A DNA stretch of 64,000 nt, from NCBI RefSeq assembly GCF_009914755.1, contig NC_060937.1; one strand, given 5' to 3'. This document shows positions 45,249 to 57,809 of the stretch, piece after piece. Source of the DNA: the human T2T-CHM13v2.0 reference genome, Homo sapiens. A model generated the notes under the pieces. The model did not search any database, was not told where the DNA came from, and saw only the letters and a program-made list of their open reading frames with translations. The position numbers and the translations under genes are program-made. Each line of letters begins with the position of its first letter. Position 1 is the first letter of the stretch.

Positions 45249-45829
45249 ATAGGGAACTATGACTAAGGGAATTAAAGCCAAGAGGTTAATCTTTTCCACA
45301 AAGCTCAGGAAATTCCCAGCACTTCCCCGTGACTCCAGTATGATAGAGGAGTGAGGCACCAGATAGCCTTCTGCATGGTGTGTCATCTGCTCGTCACAAC
45401 GCTCAACAGTGACCAACAAACCGTAGAATGTGTATAGTTCATTGATATCCATGGTCTTCTCCCTACCTCCTCTCCCTTTCCTCTGCCAGGAAAAAAAAGC
45501 AAAATAAATATGCAGACTCTACCATAATGCCATATTTAAAATTCTACTTACCTTAGATCGTATTTCCTTTCCCCCGATGCCAACAAGTAATCAAGCAAAT
45601 GATATAACCCATCTAGCATAGCAACTATCTTGTGGTCAAGATATATTTTAAAATGGCTTTCTAGTGGGGATTCTTATTTATTCTTCAAGAAACTGGTATT
45701 ATACTCAGGACTAAAGGAAGGATAAAGTATTCATTAGCCGCATCAGCTGCAACATTGGATCTTCCTAGTTGTTGTTTTCCCAATTCAAAGCTAATGTGCT
45801 GACTTTATTTCTTCCTATTATTATTAGCT

Positions 45830-46400
45830 ATATCAATTAGCATGCTTTTGGATGCAAGTAATAGGAAGCAACTCAAACTGGATTAAGGAAATACTTTTGC
45901 TGTAATTGGGGTGAGGTCTGTGGTTGGTTGATCTAGCAGTTTATCAATATCATTGAGGACCCACACTTTCTCTGTCCCTCTAGCCTATAGTACACAGAAT
46001 CCATTTATCCTAAATCTGGTTCCTCTTGTGGTTTCAAGACAATAAGGGCTACATATTTCCTGTTTGCATCCAATAGTAGATAGCCTGTTCCCAACCATGA
46101 ATGGTAAGTGCTTGTCCTCAGTCTGGTTGGGCCAACTGCATGTGTGTTCTAATCTCCAGACTATTAACAGTTGCGCAGGAATTTCATTGATTATTAGAAT
46201 TATTAGAATTTTCAGTTCTAATCCCCAGAGTATTAACAGTTGCCAGGGAATTTCATTGATTATTCTGGCTGGCCCAGAGTAATCAATCTCTGACTCTGGA
46301 GCCTGTATAATTGTTGGGCTCAATATTAATCAAAACCAGAATTTGTTTAGAAAGAATGAAGGGGAAACTCTGTATTATATAGACAACCAAGAAGGCCAGT
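45830..46400 (-). mobile_element. old MaLR LTR remnant (MLT1K/L-like)
   Basis: tatatcaattagcatgcttttggatgcaagtaataggaagcaactcaaactggattaag. Confidence 0.6.
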
Positions 46401-46817
46401 CCAGGAATGTTGATTCCCTTTGTGTCCTTTCCTTGACTTTACGGCCCACATTGTAGGTAGCGTAACAACTTACAGTTACTTAGGTGTTTCTTCTGTCCTA
46501 GTCCCCAGGACAACTGGTTACCTAAAGATAGCTCATGAGACACACTTTCTTAGACTGTTTCCAACCAAAATTTTATTTGGCCTAACAATTCCACATCAGT
46601 TTTGAGTTCACACTGCCTAATATTTCCTGGCAGTCCATCCATTTGATCAATTAAAACAATACTTTCATTTTTGGAGAAATTTTCATTAACTACCAATAAG
46701 ATGATTTCTTCAAATATATGTCATTCCAGGACACTGTTTCTGGTTTTCTCCATTGTTTTTCCACCAGCAAACCTTATCGAGATTTCCTTCAGCAGGTGGC
46801 TCTGTTGACTGATTCAC

Positions 46818-46921
46818 AAGTGGGACTGAAAAAGTTAGCCTGGAAGTGGGACTGAAAAAGTTAGCTAGGAAGTGGGACTGAAAAAGTCAGCTAGGAAGTA
46901 GAATTGAAAAAGTCAGCTAGG
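46818..46921. repeat. minisatellite, 4 x 26 bp
   Basis: Unit AAGTGGGACTGAAAAAGT(T/C)AGCTAGG starting at 46818, 46844, 46870 and 46896. Confidence 0.95.
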
Positions 46922-47012
46922 TATTGAGTTGAAAGGACCCTCAGTCATTTGCACATCTGTAGCCTAGGTGGTTGTGTCATTAGAACTGTGCTATTGGGGG
47001 CATGACTTAACT

Positions 47013-47337
47013 TCTTTTTTTTTTTTGAAACGGAGTCTCGCTCTGTCGCCCAGGCTGGAGTACAGTGGCGCAGTCTCGCTCACTGCAAGTTCCACCCCCG
47101 GGTTCACGCCATTCTCCTGCCTCAGCCTCCCGAGTAGCTGGGACTGCAGGTGCCCGCCACCACACCCGCCTAATATTTTTGTGTTTTTAGTAGAGACGGG
47201 GTTTCACCGTGTTAGCCAGGATGGCCTCGATCTCCTGACCTCATGTTTTGCCCGCCTTGGCCTCCCAACCTCGTGATCCGCCCACCTCAGCCTCCCAAAG
47301 TACTGGGATTACAGGCATGAGCCACCACACCCGGCCC
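47013..47337 (-). mobile_element. AluY with an internal 30-bp duplication
   Basis: gggttcacgccattctc and ccgtgttagccaggatgg (AluY diagnostics); duplicated segment 47238-47297. Confidence 0.95.
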
Positions 47338-47725
47338 AATAATTCTAAAAATTAGGAAAGCTAAGTACCAAACTTCGTGTTTTCCAGGAACTGAATATTT
47401 AATGAGGAAACATTTCATCTAAGTAACTGGAATTTCTGGCTTTCATTGGTTTTTTGGTATTGTTGGTTACTGAAACTAGCATTGGAAAAACCTGTTATCT
47501 TGCTTGGTGTATAGAAAACTGAAATCCAGTTACCACTATTAGGTATTGCCTTTTAAGTTAGTTGGTCACCCTGCACACTCTTAGAACTTGAACTTGTTTG
47601 CAAGGTGACTGGATGACTGACATAGGCCTGAGATGGCACGTGAGGCTAACTCTTCCACTAGAAGTCTGTGATATTGAGGTTGTGGTACACTCTGTGGGCT
47701 GCAAGAGATTGCCACTGAAAGATAG

Positions 47726-48069
<344 letters not shown>

Positions 48070-48849
48070 CTCAGAAATTCTATCAGTGGTTTTCACTTTT
48101 TCCCCTTCTGAGGTTTCCCTCAAAGAAAAAGAATTTTCAAGGATTGAATGAGAAAGAAACTTGAAAAGCCAAAAAGATGGAGAGCATGTTTAAGGTAACA
48201 GTACTAAGGTGTTTACTGACTGTTATGAAGGGGCCTATGAAACATTGCCATCTAACAGTGGAGGTCACATGCCTCTTGTATTCTAATCACAACTTGGTGT
48301 TCCTTGCCTGTGGCAATAAGCCCGGGTATGACTTTTCTGTCTTTGGAGCCTGAATGAAATGAATACTTACTCTTTGTGGTCTGATTAGATTTTGAAGGCA
48401 TGTGGCATGAGTCCAAATCCCAAAGTTACCTTGATGCAGTTTATTTATGAAAACATGCTCCAACTGAGCAGAATTCAAATTGAACAAGATCTCACTTGCC
48501 AGGGCAGACATTTTTTCTCTTAAGTATATATTTGGAGTGTATCTGAGGATATAGTCTCTCAGTCCACCCCACTTATACTCACAGATCTGTGGGCAAGTAT
48601 TGAGTGGGAATGTGACAGATATTATATGGGGCTTCTTTTGGTGCTACCTGCTACCAAGCTGTGTTAGTATCAGCTGTGAGACAAATGCTTTGTAATGAAG
48701 CACATTTATCCTGTGTCTGCTTTCTGTCTTCTTCTAATCAGAAGTGAATTTTTATAGAAATCTTTCGTGGCCCAACCAGACAGATGTAATTAAAAACAGT
48801 AGAAAAAAATGGAAACTTACTAGTATTTTTCCTTTTTCTTTTAAAATTT

Positions 48850-49154
48850 TTGTTTCTTTCTTTTTTTTTTTTTCTTTTCGAGACAGGGTCTCTGTTGCTC
48901 AGGCTGGAGTGTGATCATAGTTGACTGCAGCCTTCAACTACTAGGCTCAAGCGATCCTCCCACCTCAGCCTTCTGAGTAGCTAGGATACAAGTGCACCAT
49001 GCTTGACTAACTTAAAATTTTTTTTTTAATTTGTTTTAACTTTTATGTTAAACTATGTTGCCCAGGATGGGCTCTAACTCCTAGCCTCAAGCAGTCCTCC
49101 TGCCTTTGCCTCCCAAAGTGCTGGGATTATAGACATGAACTACTGTGCCTAGCC
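48850..49154 (-). mobile_element. AluJ
   Basis: gagacagggtctc, gcagccttcaactactaggctcaagcgatcctcccacc (J diagnostics). Confidence 0.9.
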
Positions 49155-49319
49155 TACTCTTTTTAAAATCACTATTATTTCTTTGTAGTGAAACTATGTA
49201 TTAGGAGGTTTGTAATTTAATAGTCTAGTCTTGAGCTCTATAAATAAATAAAAAACCATATGGTATTTTGGTGATTTGGGTAAGTATTCCTCCCTCGTTA
49301 GCTTTGAATCAAATAATAT

Positions 49320-49785
49320 GTTGTCTAATTCATTCAGGGAGTTCACTGAGTGCTCACTGTGGTCAGGTGCGGTGGGCAGTGCTGGCAAGACAGAGGAGAA
49401 AGTATAGCACAGAGAGAGTTATGTATGCACCAGATTTTAATGAATGTGGTAAAGCTGATAGGTCCGTGCTTTGTACTCTGGTGGTCAAGGAAGTTTCCAT
49501 TTACTCTGATGGGCAAACCTGGAAAAGTTTTACAGAGAAGATACCCATGAGTTTGGTGTTTACAAGTTTGCTCAGTAAAGGTTGGGTACAGGCACTCTAG
49601 GCAGATGTCCATTGGGAGAGAACAATGGGGAGGTGTGTGCTCTGGGTGTAGCAAGTGGGTGCTGTGATGCTAGAGATGGTCAGGGGAATGGTAGGGCCCT
49701 CAAGACTGGCTCAGGAGTTTGGGGCTTTATTCTGTATGGGAAAGGAGCCATTGAAAATGTTCAAACAAGACAGTGACTTGAAATA
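49320..49785 (-). mobile_element. L2 remnant
   Basis: aattcattcagggagttcactgagtgctcactgtgg...ggagtttggggctttattctg. Confidence 0.65.
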
Positions 49786-50221
49786 AAACAAAACCACATG
49801 CTTTTCCCCCATAAAACCCAGCAAGATTCATTAAAGTGAGAAACAAAAAGTGGCCATTGTCTTTCTCAAGCATAATTTATTTCCCTCTTTCTTTTTTCTT
49901 TCTCTGTCATTATTTAGTGTAAAGATGATAAGGAGTCAACAAAGCTTATGACTTTTTTCCCCAAGGCATTGTATTGTATTGTACGTTGTTTGGCAGATGT
50001 TGGAATAATGAATGCTACTTTTGCAACCAGGCTTGCATTCATTTATTGGTCAGCCAGCCGTTGGGTTTTCACAGTCCTTTCCCTCAAGGAATTTAAACTG
50101 TTATTTTTATCTTTAAATCTGTATGTTTATCTGTTTTCAAACACTAGAAAGTCTCAAGAATGTGTTAGTCTTGCTTGACACTTCTTTTGGTTAAAAAAAT
50201 CAAATTGTCTCTATTTTCTAG

Positions 50222-50285
50222 GCTTACCAAGAGACTAAAGAGTGAATCCTTGAAATCCGACTTTACAATAGATTTAAAACATGAG
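50222..50285 (+). CDS. B3GLCT: B3GLCT coding exon 8 (64 nt)
   Basis: ctattttctag|GCTTACC...CATGAG|gtatgt; [21 protein letters not shown]. Confidence 0.97.
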
Positions 50286-50624
50286 GTATGTCATGTTTTG
50301 TTTGATTAAAAATCTTACTAATCAAGAATTCATGTCCTTTGATGTAAAAGGTATTTTGCATTCCCTAATCTTGCATTTTCCCCACCCACATCTACTCCCC
50401 ACAGAGATAATTTCATAGCACTCCAGCGAATTAGGTGCTTTTATTTTAAGCTCATTTCAGTTATGTAGATGAAGACAGAACAGTGAAAAAGGTTGCATCT
50501 TGTGATTCATGATTCTTTACTTTTAAGCTAGATGGATGGGTCCAGAGGTAGATTTCTAAAAAAATGCAAAAATGTCATTAAAAGTACCTCTGCTCTTACT
50601 TGATGCTTCAGTTGTACGTATGCC

Positions 50625-50984
50625 AGTGTAGATTGAATGATCATGTCCCCCCCCCCTAATTCATACCTTGAAACCTGAGCCCCAGTGAAATGGTCTTTGG
50701 AGGTAGACCTGTGGGAGGTGATAGGGGCATGAGAGTGGAGCCCTCATCAATGGGATTAGCACTTTTATAAAAGAGGCCGCAGGGGGCTTCCTTGCCCTTT
50801 CTGCCATGTGAGGATACAGCTAGAAGGTGCCATCCATGAACCAGGAAGCAGGCCCTCACCACTTAATCTGCCAGTCCCTTGATCTTAGACTTCCCAGCCC
50901 CTAGAACTGTGAGAAATAAATTTGTTATTTAGACTCCACTCAGTCTATGGTATTTTATTGTTGGAGCCTGAACAGACTAAGACG
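50625..50984 (+). mobile_element. MaLR solo LTR (MLT1A-like)
   Basis: gagtggagccctcatcaatgggattagcacttttataaaagagg...agaactgtgagaaataaatttg...aacagactaagac. Confidence 0.9.
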
Positions 50985-51807
50985 TATGCTTTTGTTGTGT
51001 GTCTGTGCTTGGCTGTCTGGAGCAGAATTGAGCCTATTGGTCCCAAGCAGGCAGCCTGGAGCCCTAACACTCCTGGTTCCTTCACATTTACTGGACATCT
51101 GTGACCAGTTATTCTAGAGGCAGGTGGCAGTTGTCCCATCATTAATTATTCTCGAATCATCATTAAGAAGGCCCTTTTTGCATTTCACTTGTGGGCATGC
51201 CTGACTGCACAAAACAGTCTTGCCTCTCATTCTCTGCAGGAATCTGTATGTTAGGACATTAAGGTAAATCTTGACATGTAATTCAGTCCAGCAGTGCTGA
51301 TGGCCTTCCAGGGACAAGAAGGCACACACAAGACTTTCTGACTTCTCAGCTGTCTTTAAATGGTAATACAGAATATTTGAGTAGAAATAAACTTAGAAAA
51401 ACATAATTCTTCTCTTCCACAAAGATGAAAAAAATGGCTTGTTGAAAACCAAGTTCTGCCTAGATAGGATTAATGAAAAGTCAGCTCTAGATACTTAGGT
51501 TTGGAAATCTACTAAACATTGAATATATACAAAATAATATTTCTAACATATATGAAAGGTATAAAGATTAATGAACAAAATACTTAACTAGCTTGCCTGG
51601 TTTAAGAAGGAGACAACTATGAGTTACCTTGAGGCTACCTATGTGCTTCTTGAGGAGAGGCCTCCTTCCGTCTCCCCACACTAAACTCTCTTGAATTCTC
51701 TCCCTCTCCCTTACTTTTCTTCATATTTTATTACGTATGAATGTATTTCTGAATAACATGTAATTTTGCATCCTTTTGGGCTTTATATAAACAAAATTGT
51801 ATACAAA

Positions 51808-52257
51808 TGCTGCAGGATTTTTTGCTCCTTAGTTCAGCTAATCTGGATTCTTGTCTCACAACCAGGAAGAATTAGGCACACAGACACATTGAAGGGTGAG
51901 GAGGATGGAATGTATTTAAGTGAAAGGAAAGCTCTCAGCAAAGAGAGGGGGTCCTGTCAGCAGGTTTCCACCTCATAAAATGAATACCAGGGCCCCTACA
52001 CACGAGTTGAAGAGGACTCTCCTCCCCTGCATAAGGCGTGAATTCCTGGTGGCTCCACCCCATTCTTCCAGTGCATGTGGGCCTCCATGCATGTGGGCCT
52101 CCAGTCCACTGCAGGCATGCCTAGGCAAACCCCCTGTGCAGGTTCCCATATTCGGACAAAACATTTGGTGTAAATAAACACTTGTGGGGTTGATCAGAGA
52201 TTCTCTGGGGGCCCTTCCCTATCTGCCTAGGCATTTGGCTGTCTCCCACCTCTATCA
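51808..52257 (-). mobile_element. ERV1 solo LTR (MER61/MER52-group-like) inserted in an old L1M
   Basis: TG...CA termini (tgctgcagg...cctctatca); 4-bp TSD CAAA; subfamily uncertain. Confidence 0.8.
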
Positions 52258-53225
52258 CAAATAACTGTTCTAATTTGAGACTCATCCATGTTGATTCATG
52301 CAGCTCTAATTAACTTATTTTTACTTTCTATAGTAGTCTCCCATATGACCATAATAATTTATTTATCCGTTCTCTTGTTAATGGGCTTCTGATTGGCTAC
52401 TGGTTTTTTGCTATTACAACCATTGCTTCTATGAATATTTTTAATGTGTATCATGGTGATCATCTGCAAGAGTTACTCCAAGGCAGAAGCTTTTAAACTT
52501 TTTTTTGACTATGACCCACTTTAAAAAAATAAATTTTCATCATGACCCAGTATATTTGTGTGTGTGGTGGTGTTTCTGTTATTGATTTCTAACAGTATTA
52601 TTGTAGTCTATACAACAGTCATTTGAGATACTTTTAGGCTTACTTTATGGCCTAGCTCATGTTCAGTTTTCATATCTATTAGATTGAAGAAAGTATTAAT
52701 GATGCTTTTCAGATATTTTCTTCTTTACTTCATTGCTTCAATCCTTCATTTTACTTTTGTTTTGTCTGCTTATCATTTACTAAGGGAGGAATGTAGAAAT
52801 CGTCCATAATAATGGTGGATTTTTCCTATGGAACTGCCAACTCTTGCTTTTTATACTCTAAGGCTATGTTAATTAGATGCATACAAACTTAGAATTGTTA
52901 CATCCTCTTAGTGAATTTGTCTTTATCTTTAGTAATGCTGTTTGTCTTAATGTTTATTTTGTTGACATGAATATTTCAATGTTAGCATTTTTTGGTTGTT
53001 TGCCTCATAATCGTTTTTTGTCTTTTTCTTTCAATCCTTTTGTGTCCTTATCTTTTTTAGATGTGTCTCTTTTAAAGAGGACATGCCTTTTCCCCCCACC
53101 CTCCAGTTTGAAAATCTTTATCTTTAAACCAGATAGCAAATTTACCTTTATGTTGATTGTAATTACTGATATATTTGACTTCTATCACTTTATTTTGTGC
53201 CCCTCTCCTTATTTTCTATTTTTCC

Positions 53226-53522
53226 TTTTTTTTTTTTTTTGAGACAGAGTCTTGCTGTGTCACCCAGGCTGGAGTGCAGTGGCGCCATCTTGGCTTACTG
53301 CAACCTCCACATCCTGGGTTCAAGCAGTTCGCTGCCTTAGCCCCCTGATTAGCTGGGATTACAGGTGCCCGCCACCATGCCCGGCTAATTTTTTTTGTAT
53401 TTTTAGTAGAGATGGGGTTTCACCATCTTGGCCAGGCTGGTCTTGAATTCCTGACCTTGTGATCTGCCCACCTTGGCCTCCCAAAGTGCTGGGATTACAG
53501 GAGTGAGCCACCGTGCCCGGCC
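53226..53522 (-). mobile_element. Alu (AluSg-like)
   Basis: Reverse Alu dimer with poly-T. Confidence 0.95.
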
Positions 53523-53954
53523 CCTCTATTTTTCTATTTTAAAGTTCCTTGTCTTCTTATTCATTTATTTATTAGTCCATATTTTTTCTTTTCTGCTATT
53601 TTAGAAGTTAAATCTGTCTGTACTTTACTGATTATTTTAAATATTTAACATGCTTTCTTAACCTAACAATGGTTTATTAATCAATAGCCAGAAAATTTGA
53701 GGGCCTTAGGATAATTTAACTCTGATTATCCCACTCCCAACTTACATGCACTTGTTGTTCAATATTTTTGTCCCTTTTTCTTTTCACCCTGGAAACTTAG
53801 ATATTGTCATTATTTTATGCAGTTAACATTTTTATTAACTCATCATATATTTGCCATTGTTTTTGCTTATCATTCCATCTTGCTTCTTAGGCCTTCCAAT
53901 TGAATCCTTTTTATTCCTCCTGAAGTGTATATCCTTTAGAATTTCTTTTAGTGA

Positions 53955-54400
<446 letters not shown>

Positions 54401-55510
54401 TCAGTTATTTTTCAAATGTGCTTACTTGTTTTGTGTAATCTTTTCAAAATAATTTTTTCTCACGTTTTAAAGTTTTTCTTTTCTTTATAAAAATATATTA
54501 AGCATAGTAATAATCTGTTTGATAATTCTGATAGCTGAAGTTTTTTGAGTCTGATTAAATAAATTATGTCTGCTGGCTCTTGTTCGTTATCTTATTTCTT
54601 TTTTGTGTGTGATTTTTTTTTCTCTGAGTGATTGTTCTGTAAGCACCCTTGTTCCTTTGGAAAAATCCTCTGAGCCGTATATTAAAGTAGTGGTTCCTTA
54701 GTAAGGATTTACATTAGCTTCTGCCTGTTGCTAGTGGGTTATACTGACGAGATAATTTAAATTATCAGTTTGAGATGTTTTGGGACCTCACAGGTGGCAC
54801 AAATTAGGGAGGCCTGGCTTTTGGTTGCAAAATCTAAGAGGAGATTTAGAGATTATTCTTTTCCCTCCATTTAGACCCATGGTCCTAGCTTTATGTAGGG
54901 GGATTGCTGTTGGTCACACCCCACCTTGGGTGGGTCATAGACTTCAGTCTCTTCACTCCTATCAGAAACTCAGCCTTGCCAGAGGTCAGCTGATACCTAC
55001 TAGGGAAAACTACCCTTGGTGCCTTTTTTTCCCCAGGATCTCACTTTCCCATTTTTGTTCTCGCAGATTCCACATTTTTGTGCCAACTTAGCAATACATG
55101 TAAATATTTAAGGGCATTTTACCCAACATTTGTAGATGTTTTAAGCAAGTTGAGTATTTGGGGTATGTGATTACCATACTAAGGAAACTGGAGCCATAAT
55201 ATTTTCTTACATCTCTCTCTGTGATGTTGTAGAATGTGTTCTTTCCTGAAACCGCATACTTCGGAATTTTTTGGAGGTCAGAATATTGATTCATAGTTAA
55301 TTGCTTATTGTTAGTAATAGATTACATTTATTCACATGGAATTGTCATTTTTTTAAGTTTAGGAAGTCCTGTTGAATACTGACAAATTGATATGGTTCAA
55401 CCTACTCTCTATGGAAGATGTGTTCTGCTTTCCCTTGAGATATTTTGTCCCTTCTTATACTTGTGTTGACTGAGTTCTTTCATCACTGCCTGTCTCCTGT
55501 CTCGTGGCAG

Positions 55511-55630
55511 ATTGCCCTCTACATCTGGGACAAAGGCGGAGGACCTCCCCTGACCCCAGTGCCTGAGTTTTGTACCAATGACGTGGACTTCTACTGTGCT
55601 ACCACATTCCATTCTTTTCTACCGCTTTGT
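55511..55630 (+). CDS. B3GLCT: B3GLCT coding exon 9 (120 nt)
   Basis: ctcgtggcag|ATTGCC...CTTTGT|gtgagt; [40 protein letters not shown] (inside ORF 55445..55678). Confidence 0.97.
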
Positions 55631-55711
55631 GTGAGTAACAGAAGAAAAACTTCTTTGCATATCAAAGGAAAAATTTAGATGCTGTGCGTAATGTCATCCT
55701 AGCACTTTAAA

Positions 55712-56156
55712 ATGAATTTTAAATTCAGGGCATTCATGTGCAAGTTGGTTATAAGGGTATATTGTGTGATGCTAAGGTTTGGGCTTCTGCTGATTCTGTC
55801 ACCCAAATAGTGAACATGGTACCCAATAGGAAGTTTTCAAACCTTGCTCTTCTTCCTTCCTCCCCTTTTTAGAGTCCCCAGTGTCTGTTGTTCCTATTTT
55901 TATGTTTGTGTGTACCCAGTGTTTAGCTTCCACTTATAAGTGAGAACATGCAGTATTTGGTTTTCTGTTTCTGCATTAATTCACGTAGGATAATGGCCCC
56001 CAGCTGCATCCATGTTGCTGCAAGTACATTATTTCATTCTTTCTTATGGCTGCATAGTATTCCTTGGTATATCTGTACCACATTTTCTTTATTCAGTCCA
56101 CCATTAATGGGCACCTACATTGATTCCATGTCTTTGCTATTGTGAATAGTGCTGCA
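55712..56156 (-). mobile_element. 5'-truncated L1PA15/16-like 3' end
   Basis: catgtgcaagttggttataagggtatattgtgtgatgct...ttccacttataagtgagaacatgcagtatttgg; TSD CTAGCACTTTA at 55699 and 56157. Confidence 0.9.
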
Positions 56157-56380
56157 CTAGCACTTTACATACTAAAAAGAAAATCAACATTTTCCCTGTG
56201 CCAAGTAAGAACTATATATCATGACTCTAGTAATAACAATCATACAAGGTTTAGTACTATTGTAACTCCATCTTACAAATGAGAAGAGAGAGGCACAGAG
56301 AAGCCAAGTGCTTGCTTATGGCTACACAGCTAGTAGGGAGGGAAGCAAGGGCTCCCCTTTACTCCAGAGCCTTTGTGAGG
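56157..56380 (-). mobile_element. MIR SINE
   Basis: ccatcttacaaatgagaagagagaggcacagagaagccaagtgcttgc. Confidence 0.7.
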
Positions 56381-56786
56381 GACTGCCCACCATAGCGCTT
56401 TAGGGTTAGTGTGCCCAGACTCATTTCTTTTGTTGATGATGTAGGATGCATTGATTAGAATTTCTGTTCCATTTCCTGGAAAGGCAATTTCCAGTGCTTT
56501 CTGTGACACCCACGCCTTCTCCACAAGCCCGCACCCTTTACTCTTTCAGCAGGTGGCTCTGCCTTTCATCTCAATGACAGCCATCCAGAACTTTCAGAAT
56601 GAATTCACTTGTTTTGGCAGACCCAAGGTCCAGCCCCAGTATGAGCCTGGAGACCCTGACACTCACAAGGTTGTTAACAGCTTTTCTCATAAGAAAAAAT
56701 GTGTTCACCAACCTCAGATATTGTCGTTATTCTCAAGTCAGTCACACACAAGTCTGTGTGTGCCATTTGAAGAGATAAATACATAG

Positions 56787-56814
56787 ACACACACACACAC
56801 GCACACACACACAC
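56787..56814. repeat. (CA)n microsatellite
   Basis: acacacacacacacgcacacacacacac. Confidence 0.9.
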
Positions 56815-57707
56815 CCCAAAACACAGTGCAGCATTGAGAGAGAATCTGTAATTGTTTGCAGTTCCAGAGGGGGAGACCAGTCTTTCTAGGCAGAATGCTT
56901 GCTTGCTCTTTCAGTGCTCTCCTAGTGCCTTGAGTGACATGACAAAGCTGTAGTTAGATGTCACTATAAACCAGCCCCAAATTATACAGGAGTCATGATT
57001 AACTATGATTGCAGGCCTAAGGCAGGTAATAAAGGGGTCATGAAGGGCTTGGGTGTGTCTTGTTGACAAATCCCTCTTTGTGCCCCCTTTCATCTGTGTG
57101 ATCAGCCTGGGCTCCAGGACTGCCCCCACCCCATCTCCACCAGGTGTTTGAAGGAATCCTACCTTTGGCAGAGGAGAAAACATCCTTAGCCTAGACTTGG
57201 GTCGCCAGTAAAGAGGCCGTAAAAATGTTTTCAACATTAAAGTAAGGCCAGGCCCAGAAAAGGGCAACATCTCTTAATTTACACTAAAAAATCCCCCCTA
57301 TTTCTCTCTTTTTGTCAAAATCTTCACCAGCTGGAGAAAGGAAATGAGAGGTAACTAACATTTATTGGTCAGTTACTATGTGCTTAATAAATTATAGTAA
57401 TAATAGCAGCCTTGCAGTGGTTATTATTTTTTTTTCTAAACAAGCAGACTGAAATTCTGGAAACTTGTTAAGGGGATGCACAGTCCGTGCACAGTGTAGC
57501 AGGCAGGTCCAGGGCTGGCTGACAGAAAGGCTATGTTGTCAGCTGACCTATGTTTCCATTTCTCCCCTAAAACTTTATCCCGGAAATATGTTTGGTATCC
57601 TTGACATTGGTTAATTTGAACTCTAGAGCGTGTGAGATCTAGTGTGGGTGTGAAGTTAACGCTGACTCACATACATATGCATACATTTTTTCTTTTCTTT
57701 TTTTTAG

Positions 57708-57809
<102 letters not shown>

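Noticed and set aside
46818-46921. Regularly spaced repeats suggestive of a CRISPR array
   Set aside because: Head-to-tail units with no unique spacers, in a human intron; an ordinary minisatellite
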